From: Acidimicrobiales bacterium
GTDB lineage: Bacteria > Actinomycetota > Acidimicrobiia > Acidimicrobiales > JAUJNH01
Length of the DNA: 64,000 nt
Assembly (NCBI GenBank): GCA_038255915.1
Contig: JBBSKY010000005.1
Coordinates: forward strand, 4,333 to 68,332
Reading direction: 5' to 3'
A program made the position numbers and the translations under genes. This document shows, one piece after another, positions 29,750-38,376 of this stretch (its first letter is position 1; each line of letters starts with the position of its first letter). The notes beneath the pieces are model-generated. The model saw only the letters and a program-made list of their open reading frames with translations. It had not been told where the DNA came from and did not search any database.

Positions 29750-30748
29750 CTACGCCTCGGGGACCGGCGGGGGGCGGATGGCCCGACGGATGGCTCCGAC
29801 CAGGTCGGCCTCCACCATGTCGTTGGCGGTGCGGACGGCGTTGACGATCGCCGTGGCCGACGACGAGCCGTGGCTGATGATGCACAGGCCCTCGGTGCCG
29901 AGGAGCATCGCTCCCCCGTGGCTCTCGGGGTCCAGCTCGTCATAGAGGGCGACGAACGCGGGCAGCAGCGACTCGCTGGCTGCCCGGGCCTCCTCGCTGC
30001 CGAGGAGGATGCCCATCACCGCCTTGGAGAGGGTGCGCATGCCGCCCTCCAGGGCCTTCAGGGTGACGTTGCCGGTGAACCCGTCGGTGACGCACACGTC
30101 GACGGCGTCGGACATGACGTCGCGGCCCTCGACGTTGCCGAGGAAGCTGAGGCCCGGCTCGTCGACGAGCAGGGCGTGGGCCTCCTTGCGCAGCGTGCCG
30201 CCCTTACTGGGCTCCTCGCCGATCGACAGCAGGCCGACCCGCGGCTCGGCCACCCCGTAACGAGCCTTGAAGTAGGCCGATCCCATGTGGGCGAACTGCA
30301 CCAGCATCTCGGCGCTGCACTCGACGTTGGCGCCGGCGTCCAGCAGGGCCGTCGGGGTGGCGGCGCCCGGCACCGGGATCGGGGTCACGATCGCCGGCCG
30401 CACAACACCCTTGATGCGCCCGGTGCGCAGCAGGGCCGAGGCCATGGCCGCCCCGGTGTTGCCGGCCGACACCATGGCCGAGGCCCGCCCGTCGCGCACG
30501 GCCTCGGCCAGGCGCACGAGCGAGCTGTCCTTCTTGGTGCGCACGGCCATGGCGGGGTCCTCGGCCATGGCCACGACCTGGGAGGCGGCCAGCACCTCGA
30601 GGCCGCCGGTGTCAAGGCCCTCCAGGGCCTCGGGCCGGCCGACCAGCAGCACGTCGATGCCCAGCTCCGTCGCGGCCCGCACGCACCCGGCGACGATCTC
30701 GGCCGGGGCCTTGTCGCCGCCCATCACGTCGACGCCGACGGGCGTCAC
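29750..30748 (-). CDS. plsX: Phosphate acyltransferase PlsX
   Basis: VDVMGGDKAP, SAGNTGA, LDAGAN, DGFTGNVTLK, HGSS. Confidence 0.96.
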   Translation of the reverse strand: MTPVGVDVMGGDKAPAEIVAGCVRAATELGIDVLLVGRPEALEGLDTGGLEVLAASQVVAMAEDPAMAVRTKKDSSLVRLAEAVRDGRASAMVSAGNTGAAMASALLRTGRIKGVVRPAIVTPIPVPGAATPTALLDAGANVECSAEMLVQFAHMGSAYFKARYGVAEPRVGLLSIGEEPSKGGTLRKEAHALLVDEPGLSFLGNVEGRDVMSDAVDVCVTDGFTGNVTLKALEGGMRTLSKAVMGILLGSEEARAASESLLPAFVALYDELDPESHGGAMLLGTEGLCIISHGSSSATAIVNAVRTANDMVEADLVGAIRRAIRPPPVPEA

Positions 30749-30770
30749 CTTCGGACCACGAGGGGGCTCG

Positions 30771-30947
30771 TCAAACCTCGATGGCCTGGCGGCCGTGGTA
30801 CCAGCCGCACTCGCCGCACACGATGTGGGGCACCTTGGCCGATCCGCAGCGCGGACAGCTGCTGCGGGGCGGGGCGTCGAGCGTCCAGTTGCTGGCCCGG
30901 CGCATCCGGGTCTTCGACTTGGACTTCTTCTTCTTGGGGACGGCCAC
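30771..30947 (-). CDS. rpmF: 50S ribosomal protein L32 (Zn-binding form)
   Basis: Manual translation MAVPKKKKSKSKTRMRRASNW...CPRCGSAKVPHIVCGECGWY; too short for the ORF track. Confidence 0.96.
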   Translation of the reverse strand: MAVPKKKKSKSKTRMRRASNWTLDAPPRSSCPRCGSAKVPHIVCGECGWYHGRQAIEV

Positions 30948-31020
30948 GGCGGCGCTCTCTCGCTTCCTTCTTCAGGATCTCTAGGGTTTCAGAACGTCGG
31001 GCTTTGCGAATCAGTGTGCT

Positions 31021-31530
31021 TCAGGTGTCGCGCAGGGCGTCGAGGGCTGCCCATCGCGGGTCTGGCGAGCTGATGTCGCAGCTGCACCGGGTCTCGTTGC
31101 GGTTGACCCCGCAGACGGGGCAGAGCCCCAGGCACCCATCCTCGCACAGGGGGGCCGGGGGAAGTTGCAGCAGGACAGCATCGCGCACCAGGAGCCCAAG
31201 GTCGACCTGGGAGCCCTTCAGGGCGTAGGTCTCCTCGCCGTCGGAGGTCGGCTCGTACACCTCACGGACCCAGGCCTTCACCTCGCCGGCGGCGTCGCCC
31301 AGGCACCGGCGGCACTGCCCGGTCCAGGGGGCCCGGACCGTGGCGGTGACCACGACGTCGTCCGAGGCCCAGGCCAGCTCGGCGTCGACGGCCACCTCGT
31401 CTCCCTCGGCCACCGCCGAGGCCGACAGCGCCAGCCCTGGCAGACGGCCCGACCGCTCGACCCGCAGCACCGAGCCCGGCAGCTTGCGCAGCGGCGTCAC
31501 GTCGACGACGAAGTCGTTCCCCCTGGCCAC
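31021..31530 (-). CDS. DUF177/YceD family protein
   Basis: CRRCL, PLCEDGCLGLCPVCG, DPRWAAL; upstream of rpmF. Confidence 0.93.
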   Translation of the reverse strand: MARGNDFVVDVTPLRKLPGSVLRVERSGRLPGLALSASAVAEGDEVAVDAELAWASDDVVVTATVRAPWTGQCRRCLGDAAGEVKAWVREVYEPTSDGEETYALKGSQVDLGLLVRDAVLLQLPPAPLCEDGCLGLCPVCGVNRNETRCSCDISSPDPRWAALDALRDT

Positions 31531-31563
31531 ACGGCAGGCTACCGCCGGCGCGGCCCGGGACGC

Positions 31564-32124
31564 TCAGATGTCCTGGTCGAAGAAGCCCGGCTCGCTCGGG
31601 TCGTTCGGGCCGATGCCCATGCCGATCTGGCCCTCGGCCGCCGCCGGCTGGGGGGTCATCCGCAGCTTCTCCCGGCCGCCCGCCACCGTCTTGGCCGTGC
31701 GCTCGAGGACGATCTGGAAGCCCGCCAGCTTCTGGTCGCAGTAGTCCTCGGCCTCCATCCGCATGCGCCGGGCCTCGTCCTTGGCCGTCTCGACCAGCGA
31801 GGTGGCGGTGTGCTGGGCCTCGCGCACGATCTCGGTGCGCTGCACCATCCGCTCGGCCCCCACCCGGGCCGACTCGAGGATGTCGTCGGCCTCGCGCTGC
31901 ACCTTGGCCAGGTACTCCTCGCGCTCCTTCAGCATGAACCGGGCGTGGCGCAGCTCCTGGGGGAGGCGGTCGAGGGCGTCGTCGAGCAGCTCGAGCACCT
32001 CCTCCTTCTCCACCCGCACGCTGGACGACAGCGGCAACGGCCGGGCATTGCCGATGAGCTCGATGACCCGCCGGACCAGCGTCTCGGTGTCGGGCGCGTC
32101 CTGGCCCTCGAAGACCCCGGTCAC
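31564..32124 (-). CDS. Conserved coiled-coil protein (DivIVA/ATP-synthase-b-like) downstream of coaD
   Basis: ARPLPLSSSV..LPQEL..A..ML.ERE..AEDYCDQKLA; RBS AGGAG before GTG 32124. Confidence 0.85.
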   Translation of the reverse strand: MTGVFEGQDAPDTETLVRRVIELIGNARPLPLSSSVRVEKEEVLELLDDALDRLPQELRHARFMLKEREEYLAKVQREADDILESARVGAERMVQRTEIVREAQHTATSLVETAKDEARRMRMEAEDYCDQKLAGFQIVLERTAKTVAGGREKLRMTPQPAAAEGQIGMGIGPNDPSEPGFFDQDI

Positions 32125-32230
32125 GATGTCTCCTGGTCGCTGCGGGCGGCCCTCCGCGGTGCGGGCGCCCGTCGAGTCGTGGGTCGAGCAGGAGCGCCTC
32201 GCCGGGCGCCCACCTCCGGGCCGTCCTCGC

Positions 32231-32728
32231 TCATAGCTGCTCACCGGCGCCGTAGCGCTCCCGTAGGCGGGCGGCCACGGCCTTGGGCACCATCGAGTCG
32301 ATCCGGTCGGCGGCGCCGAACTTGACGAAGTCACGCACGTACTTGCTGGCCACGAAGCTGGAGGCCGTGGCGCAGGGGATGAGCACGGTCTCTATGCCCG
32401 CCACCGCCTTGTTCATCTGCGCCTGCTGCAGCTCGGACTCGAAGTCGGACACCACTCGCACCCCCTTCACGATCACCCCGGCACCCTCGTCGCGAGCAAC
32501 GTCGACGGTCAGCTTGGTCATGGACACCACCCGGACGTTGTCAAGGCCGTTGCAGCTCTCCCGCACCAGATCCTGGCGCTCCTCGAGGTCGAAGAGGGGT
32601 TCGCCCTTGCCAGGGTTGCGGATGACGGCCACCACCAGCTGGTCGAACAGGACGGCGGCGATCTCGATGATCTCGAGGTGGCCGTTGTGGATCGGGTCGA
32701 AGGACCCGGGGAACAGCGCCGTCCTCAA
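32231..32728 (-). CDS. coaD: Phosphopantetheine adenylyltransferase
   Basis: FPGSFDPIHNGH, KGVR..SDFE; TTG start overlaps the rsmD stop. Confidence 0.96.
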   Translation of the reverse strand: MRTALFPGSFDPIHNGHLEIIEIAAVLFDQLVVAVIRNPGKGEPLFDLEERQDLVRESCNGLDNVRVVSMTKLTVDVARDEGAGVIVKGVRVVSDFESELQQAQMNKAVAGIETVLIPCATASSFVASKYVRDFVKFGAADRIDSMVPKAVAARLRERYGAGEQL

Positions 32729-33273
32729 CGGTTCGGTTCCCCACCGGCGACCAGCACGCTCACCACGGTACCGCCGTAGCGCCGCGTCCTCAGCGATGCC
32801 CACCCGGTCGGGGGGGCGATCTCCCGATCCGATTCGGCCGCCACGGCGGTGGCGACGCCCGCCAGGGCGTGGAGCAGATCGGGCCATTGGTCCCATTGGT
32901 AGGGCGGGTCGACCAGGACCAGGTCGAGTGACGCCGGTGCCTGCCAGGCGGCCCACCGCACCAGGTCGTCCCGCACGAAGCCCACCGACCGGCCGTCCAG
33001 CCCGACGGCGGTCAGGTTGGCCCTGGCCACCTGCAGCGAGCGGGCGGCTGAGTCGACGAAGGCGCACGTCGCCGCCCCCCGGGACAGCGCCTCGATGCCC
33101 AGGGCCCCGCTGCCGCAGGCCAGGTCGGCCACCCGGAACCCGTCGAGCTCGCCGAGGTGGGCCTCCAGCATGGTGAACAGCGCCTCACGCACCCGGTCGG
33201 CGGTGGGCCGGACCCCGTCGCCCGGCGGCGCCGAGAGGCGGCGGCCCCTGGCCTCCCCGGCGATCACCCGCAA
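32725..33273 (-). CDS. rsmD: 16S rRNA m2G966 methyltransferase
   Basis: MRVIAGEARGRRL, RPTADRVREALF, GSGALGIEALSRGA, DPPY. Confidence 0.95.
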   Translation of the reverse strand: MRVIAGEARGRRLSAPPGDGVRPTADRVREALFTMLEAHLGELDGFRVADLACGSGALGIEALSRGAATCAFVDSAARSLQVARANLTAVGLDGRSVGFVRDDLVRWAAWQAPASLDLVLVDPPYQWDQWPDLLHALAGVATAVAAESDREIAPPTGWASLRTRRYGGTVVSVLVAGGEPNR

Positions 33274-33354
33274 CGGCGCGCCTGGGCGGGCATGCCGGGA
33301 AAGGTACCGCCGCCCGCAGGGGTGGGCCCGAGGAGGCGGTACCGTCGCCCGGTC

Positions 33355-33741
33355 GTGGACCTGCTCGCCCTGCGGTGGCTGCCCCTGGTGCCGTCAGGCG
33401 ACGGGCGCTCCAGCGGCACCCTGGTCGGCGAGGTCGTGCCAGACGCCTCGTGGTCGGGCGCCCCCGGCTTCCTGCACGGGGGGATGGCCGCCGCCCTCCT
33501 CGACGACTGCATGGGCGGGCTCTCCCAGGCCCTCGACCGCATCGCCACCATCACCGCCACCCTCGACCTGCGTTTCCGCTGCCCCGTCCCCCTCGACGGC
33601 ACCGCCGTGCGGGTCGAGGCGTGGCGCGACCAGGCCCAGCTGCGGCGGCGCAACCGGGTGCACGGACGCCTGCTTTTGGCCGACGGCTCCGCCGCGGTCG
33701 AGGCCACCGCCCTGATGCTCTCCACCGGCCAGGCCGTCTGA
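33355..33741 (+). CDS. PaaI-family hotdog thioesterase
   Basis: GAPGFLHGGMAAALLDD...TATLDLRFR.PVPL. Confidence 0.88.
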   Translation: MDLLALRWLPLVPSGDGRSSGTLVGEVVPDASWSGAPGFLHGGMAAALLDDCMGGLSQALDRIATITATLDLRFRCPVPLDGTAVRVEAWRDQAQLRRRNRVHGRLLLADGSAAVEATALMLSTGQAV

Positions 33742-33935
33742 TGGCCTGGGAGGGCGGGGCATTCGTGGCCGAGCCGGAGATCACCTGCATCGACTGCGGC
33801 GGGCCGGCCTACCTGCTCACCCCGCCCCCCGGGCCCGACGACCTGCCCTGGGCCGAGGGCGATCTGGTCGTCTACCGCTGTCGTGACTGCCACGACCGCT
33901 GGGACCTCGAGGTCCCAGCCATCGACCAGGGCTAG
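33741..33935 (+). CDS. Small Zn-ribbon protein (64 aa)
   Basis: ITCIDCGG...VYRCRDCHDRWD (two CxxC); TGATG coupling to the thioesterase. Confidence 0.75.
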   Translation: MAWEGGAFVAEPEITCIDCGGPAYLLTPPPGPDDLPWAEGDLVVYRCRDCHDRWDLEVPAIDQG

Positions 33936-33937
33936 AG

Positions 33938-34522
33938 GTGCGGGCCCGCGCATTGGTGGTGGCCGTCCTGGTTGCGGTCGGCTCGCTGGCCGGCTGCGGC
34001 GGCGACGAGGAAGCGACACCGGGTGGGGTGGGGCCGATCAAGCCGCCGGAGGGCTTCGTCAAGCTCACGGGCACCGGCTTCACCATCGCCGCCCCCGAGA
34101 CGTTGTCGCCCCAGAGCCAGAGGTCGACCAACGGCGAGCCCAAGCTGACGCTGAACGCCCGACCCCGCCGGGAGGGTGACGAACCGACCCTGGTGGCGGT
34201 GATCCGCGACTTGCGGCCCCAGATCTCGGTGCGCGACCAGATGACCCTGCTCGAGGAGGTCAAGCGCAAGGTGCAGGCCCGCGACGTCTTCCGGGAGGAG
34301 GTGCGCTGGCCCGGCGCCCGGCAGGCCTTCGTCGTCGGCTGGACCCAGGACCCGGCCGAGCCGCCCGCGGCCCCGCTCCAGCCGTCCCGCAACCTCCAGC
34401 TCGCCGTCCAGGTCTCCGACACCCTGATCATCAACGTCGTGGCCACCGCCCCGGCCGAGACCTTCGACGCCACCGAGGTCGCCACCGTCGTCCGCACCTT
34501 CCGCCTTGCCAAGGAGTCCTGA
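33938..34522 (+). CDS. Lipoprotein, PsbP/DcrB-like fold
   Basis: Lipobox LAGC after a hydrophobic signal; GFTIAAPE and C-terminal VVRTFRL pattern. Confidence 0.75.
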   Translation: MRARALVVAVLVAVGSLAGCGGDEEATPGGVGPIKPPEGFVKLTGTGFTIAAPETLSPQSQRSTNGEPKLTLNARPRREGDEPTLVAVIRDLRPQISVRDQMTLLEEVKRKVQARDVFREEVRWPGARQAFVVGWTQDPAEPPAAPLQPSRNLQLAVQVSDTLIINVVATAPAETFDATEVATVVRTFRLAKES

Positions 34523-34541
34523 ACCAGGGCGGCGTAGGTGT

Positions 34542-34559
34542 CGTAGCACGGGTGCTACG
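34542..34559 (+). promoter_or_regulatory. TA operator palindrome overlapping the -10 box
   Basis: Perfect CGTAGCAC-GG-GTGCTACG; TACGTT (34556-34561) is 6 nt before ATG 34568. Confidence 0.75.
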
Positions 34560-34567
34560 TTCCTGCC

Positions 34568-34822
34568 ATGACTCGCGAGATCACCCAGCGTGAGCTACGC
34601 AACGAGAGCGGAGACATCATGCGCCGGCTCGACCAGGGCGAGAGCTTCGTCGTGACCCGCAACGGCGTCGCCGTGGGCGAGCTCAGCCCCGTCCGCCGGC
34701 GCCGCTTCGTCACCACGGCGGCGGCCATGGCCACCTTTGCCACGGCGCCACATGTCGACCACGAGCGGCTCCGAGCCGACCTCGACGCGGTCGCCAGCCA
34801 GGACCCGGCCCCCCGTGGTTGA
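34568..34822 (+). CDS. Phd/YefM-family antitoxin
   Basis: ITQRELRNESGDIMRRLDQGESFVVTRNGVAVGEL. Confidence 0.92.
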   Translation: MTREITQRELRNESGDIMRRLDQGESFVVTRNGVAVGELSPVRRRRFVTTAAAMATFATAPHVDHERLRADLDAVASQDPAPRG

Positions 34823-35228
34823 GCCACCTCGCCCCCGACGCGGGCTGCTGGACACCTCGGTGGTCATCGACTTCGAGCGCTTGGACCCGGCGAACCTGCC
34901 GCTCGAGATCGCCGTCAGCACCCTCACGATCGCCGAGCTTGCCGCCGGGCCGCACGCCACCGCCGACCTCCAGGAGCGGGCGCGCCGCCAGGATCGCCTC
35001 CAACGCGTCGAAGCCGTCTTCGACCCGGTCCCCTTCGACGCCGAGGCGGCCCGGGCCTACGGTCGGGTCTACGCCGCCACCATCGCCGTCGGTCGCAAGG
35101 CACGTGGCCCACGTGCTGTCGACCTGCTCATCGCCGCCACGGCCAGTGCGGCAGGTCTTCCCCTCTACACCCGCAACGGCGACGACTTCGAGGGCCTCCG
35201 GGATGTGGTCGACATCGTCGTGGTGTGA
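34815..35228 (+). CDS. vapC: VapC-family PIN toxin
   Basis: GLLDTSVVI, TIAELAAG, DLLIAATA, LYTRNGDDF; GTG start overlaps the antitoxin end. Confidence 0.92.
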   Translation: MVEPPRPRRGLLDTSVVIDFERLDPANLPLEIAVSTLTIAELAAGPHATADLQERARRQDRLQRVEAVFDPVPFDAEAARAYGRVYAATIAVGRKARGPRAVDLLIAATASAAGLPLYTRNGDDFEGLRDVVDIVVV

Positions 35229-35245
35229 CCGCGACGCCCTCCTGT

Positions 35246-35260
35246 ATCCGATAATCTGAT
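35246..35260 (+). promoter_or_regulatory. Imperfect TA operator palindrome overlapping the -10 box
   Basis: ATCCGAT-A-ATCTGAT (one mismatch); TAATCT (35252-35257) is 6 nt before GTG 35264. Confidence 0.55.
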
Positions 35261-35263
35261 GCC

Positions 35264-35515
35264 GTGAAGGAGATCACGGCCACCGACGCCGCCCGCGGGT
35301 TCTCGGCCCTGCTCGACGCAGTGGAGCTCCAGGGAGAGACGTTCGTCGTCACCCGGGGCGGCCGGAGCATCGCCCGCATCGAGGCCGCCACAGGAGCCTC
35401 CGGGGCCACGGTCAAAGCCCTGCTGCGACGCCGCCGGACCGATCCCGCCTGGGCCGACGACGTTCGTGAGGTGCGCACGGCCGCCGCGGTGCAGGAGCGG
35501 GCGTGGCCCGCCTGA
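35264..35515 (+). CDS. Phd/YefM-family antitoxin
   Basis: MKEITATDAARGFSALLDAV..GETFVVTRGGR.IARI. Confidence 0.9.
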   Translation: MKEITATDAARGFSALLDAVELQGETFVVTRGGRSIARIEAATGASGATVKALLRRRRTDPAWADDVREVRTAAAVQERAWPA

Positions 35516-35895
35516 TCCTGGACACCACGTTTCTGGTGACCGCCGAGCGGAACCGCTCCCGCCTCGACGGCCTCCTGGCGGATGAAGATGACGTCGCCAT
35601 CGCCGCCATCACCGCGGCCGAGCTGCTGGTGGGCGTCCACTTGGCCGACGACGCCCACCGGGAGGACCGAGCCGGGTTCGTCGACGACATCCTCGCCACC
35701 ATCCCGACCCTGGGCTACGACCTCCCGGTGGCCCGCGCCCATGCCGAGCTGCTGGCCCACGTGCGCCGAACGGGCCGCCCCCGTGGCGCCCACGACCTGG
35801 TCATCGCCGCCACCGCCAGCGCCACGAGACGCATCGTCCTCTCGGCCGACGCCGGAGCCTTCGCCGATTTGCCCGGCGTGGCCCACCGGGGGTAG
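35503..35895 (+). CDS. vapC: VapC-family PIN toxin
   Basis: LILDTTFL, TAAELLVG, HDLVIAATA, LSAD..AF. Confidence 0.92.
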   Translation: MARLILDTTFLVTAERNRSRLDGLLADEDDVAIAAITAAELLVGVHLADDAHREDRAGFVDDILATIPTLGYDLPVARAHAELLAHVRRTGRPRGAHDLVIAATASATRRIVLSADAGAFADLPGVAHRG

Positions 35896-35909
35896 CCGTT
35901 GGGCGTCCC

Positions 35910-36134
35910 TCACAGCCCGGCCTCCCGACGCAGGGCGGCCCAGTGGCGGGCCCGGCGGGCCACGGGAAAGAGGTACACGAGCCCGGCCGAGGCCAGCATG
36001 GCGCCCATCACCACGTGAACGGTGGCCAGGATCACCAGACCGACGAGCGCCCCGACCAGGCCGACGCCGGCGTCGGCCAACAGAACGATGCGCCAGTTCG
36101 AGGCATAGGCGACCGAGTCGTCGTAGCGGGCCAC
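35910..36134 (-). CDS. Small membrane protein (74 aa) downstream of recG
   Basis: MARYDDSVAYASNWRIVLLADAGVGLV...RRARHWAALRREAGL; two hydrophobic helices; starts 2 nt after the recG stop. Confidence 0.7.
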   Translation of the reverse strand: MARYDDSVAYASNWRIVLLADAGVGLVGALVGLVILATVHVVMGAMLASAGLVYLFPVARRARHWAALRREAGL

Positions 36135-36136
36135 AG

Positions 36137-38287
36137 TCAGCTCTTGAAGAGGTAGTCGGACTCGGTGGGGTCGACCAGCCACTCGACCTCGGCCTTGAGG
36201 GCGGGGAGGCGGTCGAGGCCGTGGCCGTCGGGGCCGACGAGGGCGAAGGCCACCTTGCGGGCCTCGGCCACCAGCGCCTTGTCGCGACGGAGGCTGGCCA
36301 GCTTGAGGTCGCTGCGGCCCTTCTGGCGGGTGCCGAGGATGGTGCCCTCGCCCCGCAGGTCGAGGTCGACCTCGGCCAGCTCGAAGCCGTCGGTGGTGCG
36401 GACCATGGCCCCGAGCCGCTCGGCCACGTCGTCGCTGAGGGGCTGGCCGGCCTCGTCGGTTCCGCCAAGCAGGTAGCAGCGGCTGGCGTGGGCGCCCCGG
36501 CCGACCCGGCCCCGCAGCTGGTGCAGCTGGGCCATGCCGAAGCGGTCGGCGTCCTCGACCACCATGACCGTGGCGTTGGGCACGTCGACCCCCACCTCGA
36601 CCACGGTGGTGGCCACGAGGACGTCGACTTCGCCGGCCCGGAAGCGGGTCATCACCGCCTCCTTGTCGGCCGAGGGCATCTGCCCGTGGAGCAGGCCGAG
36701 GCGCAGGCCGGCCAGCTCCTCGGCCTCCAGCCGCCCGTGCTCGGCCACCGCCGAGGTGACCTGCAGCTTCTCGCTCTCCTCCACCAGTGGGCACACCACG
36801 AACGCCTGCCGGCCCTCGGCCACGGCCTGGCGCACCGCCCCCCAGGCCATGGCCACGTCCATCGGCGTCTGGGCCCACACCGTCCCGATGGGCGTGCGCC
36901 CCGGGGGCAGCTCGTCGAGGACAGTGACGTCGAGGTCGCCGAAGACCGTCATCGCCGCCGTGCGGGGGATCGGGGTGGCGGTCATCACCAGCAGGTCGGG
37001 GTCGATCTCGCCGCCCTTGCCCCGCAGCGCCGCCCGCTGCTCGACCCCGAACTTGTGCTGCTCGTCGACCACCACACAGCCCAGGTTGGCGAAGGACACG
37101 TGCTCGGTCAGCAAGGCATGGGTGCCCACGAGGATGTCGACCTCGCCCCGGGCCAGTGCGGGCAGCAGCTCGGCCCGCTCCTTCGCCGTGGTCTTGTGCG
37201 TCAGCAGCCGCAGGTTCACCTCGCGAGCGCCGAACAGGCTGCCCTCTTCGTCCACGGTGAGCCCGGCCAGCAGCGGGCGGATGGACAGGAGGTGCTGCTC
37301 GGCCAGCACCTCGGTGGGTGCCATCAGCGCCCCCTGCCAGCCCCCCTGCACGGCGGTGAGCAGCGCGGCCACCGCCACCGTGGTCTTCCCGCTGCCCACA
37401 TCTCCCTGCAGCAGGCGGTGCATGGGCAGCTGCGAGGCCAGGTCGCGCTGCAGGGCGGTGACGGCCCGTCGCTGGGTGCCGGTCAGCTCGTAGGGCAGGC
37501 TGGCGAGGAACGCCTTCACCAGGCGGCCGCCGTCGGCCCCGACGGTGTGGGGGATCCCCCGGGCCGACCGCTCGTAGGCCCGCTTGCGCAGCACGAGGAT
37601 GAGCTGGAGGCGCAACAGCTCGTCGAAGGCCAGGCGCTTGCGGGCGGCAAAGGCGGCGCCCATCGAGTCGGGCTCGTGAATGAGGTGGTACGCCCGGGTG
37701 CGGTCGACGACGTCGACCTGGTCGAGCACCGAGGCGGGTAATGGCTCCTCGAAGTCCCGGGCCCGCTGCAGCGCCTCGCGCACCGCCCTGCGGATCATCG
37801 AGGTCGTGAGCTCGCCCGACTGGGGGTAGACGGGCACGATGGCCCCGAGGTCGGCCGAGTCGCCCAGCAGGTCGATCACCGGGCCCACCATCTGCCGGGC
37901 GCCCCGGAACAGGTTCAGCTTGCCGAAGACGGTGATCTGCATCCCCGCCCGCAGCTGCTTGGCCCGCCACGGCTGGTTGAAGAAGGTGACGGTCATCGAG
38001 GCCGTGCCGTCGTGCACCACCACCTCGACCCGCCCCCGGCCCCTCCCCCGCACCGCCGGCACCAGGCGCACGGCCCGCACCGAGGCCATCACCAGCCCCT
38101 CCTCACCTGGCTGCAGATCGGCGATCCGGGCCTCCCGGGTGCGGTCGATCCACCGGCGCGGGTAGAGCATGAGCAGGTCGAGCACGCTCGCGACGTCCGC
38201 CTTGGCCAGCAGACCCGCCACCTTCGGAGACACCGCCTCGAGCTCGTCCACCGACTTCTCGGCCAGCGCCTGCAACGAGCGGCCCAC
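36137..38287 (-). CDS. recG: ATP-dependent DNA helicase RecG
   Basis: RLLQGDVGSGKT, APTEVLAEQH, DEQHKFGV, MTATPIPRT, QLRGRVGRG. Confidence 0.97.
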   Translation of the reverse strand: MGRSLQALAEKSVDELEAVSPKVAGLLAKADVASVLDLLMLYPRRWIDRTREARIADLQPGEEGLVMASVRAVRLVPAVRGRGRGRVEVVVHDGTASMTVTFFNQPWRAKQLRAGMQITVFGKLNLFRGARQMVGPVIDLLGDSADLGAIVPVYPQSGELTTSMIRRAVREALQRARDFEEPLPASVLDQVDVVDRTRAYHLIHEPDSMGAAFAARKRLAFDELLRLQLILVLRKRAYERSARGIPHTVGADGGRLVKAFLASLPYELTGTQRRAVTALQRDLASQLPMHRLLQGDVGSGKTTVAVAALLTAVQGGWQGALMAPTEVLAEQHLLSIRPLLAGLTVDEEGSLFGAREVNLRLLTHKTTAKERAELLPALARGEVDILVGTHALLTEHVSFANLGCVVVDEQHKFGVEQRAALRGKGGEIDPDLLVMTATPIPRTAAMTVFGDLDVTVLDELPPGRTPIGTVWAQTPMDVAMAWGAVRQAVAEGRQAFVVCPLVEESEKLQVTSAVAEHGRLEAEELAGLRLGLLHGQMPSADKEAVMTRFRAGEVDVLVATTVVEVGVDVPNATVMVVEDADRFGMAQLHQLRGRVGRGAHASRCYLLGGTDEAGQPLSDDVAERLGAMVRTTDGFELAEVDLDLRGEGTILGTRQKGRSDLKLASLRRDKALVAEARKVAFALVGPDGHGLDRLPALKAEVEWLVDPTESDYLFKS

Positions 38288-38376
38288 GCCGGGGAATGGT
38301 ACCCAGCCCACCGGCTGTTCTGGGGAACGTGCGTTCGGGCGCCGGCAGGAGGCGCGGAAGCCTGATCGAACAGCGC

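Noticed and set aside
28154-31228. 1024-aa plus-strand ORF
   Set aside because: Antisense to mutM-rnc-acpP-plsX-rpmF; low-complexity Ser/Arg/Pro translation.
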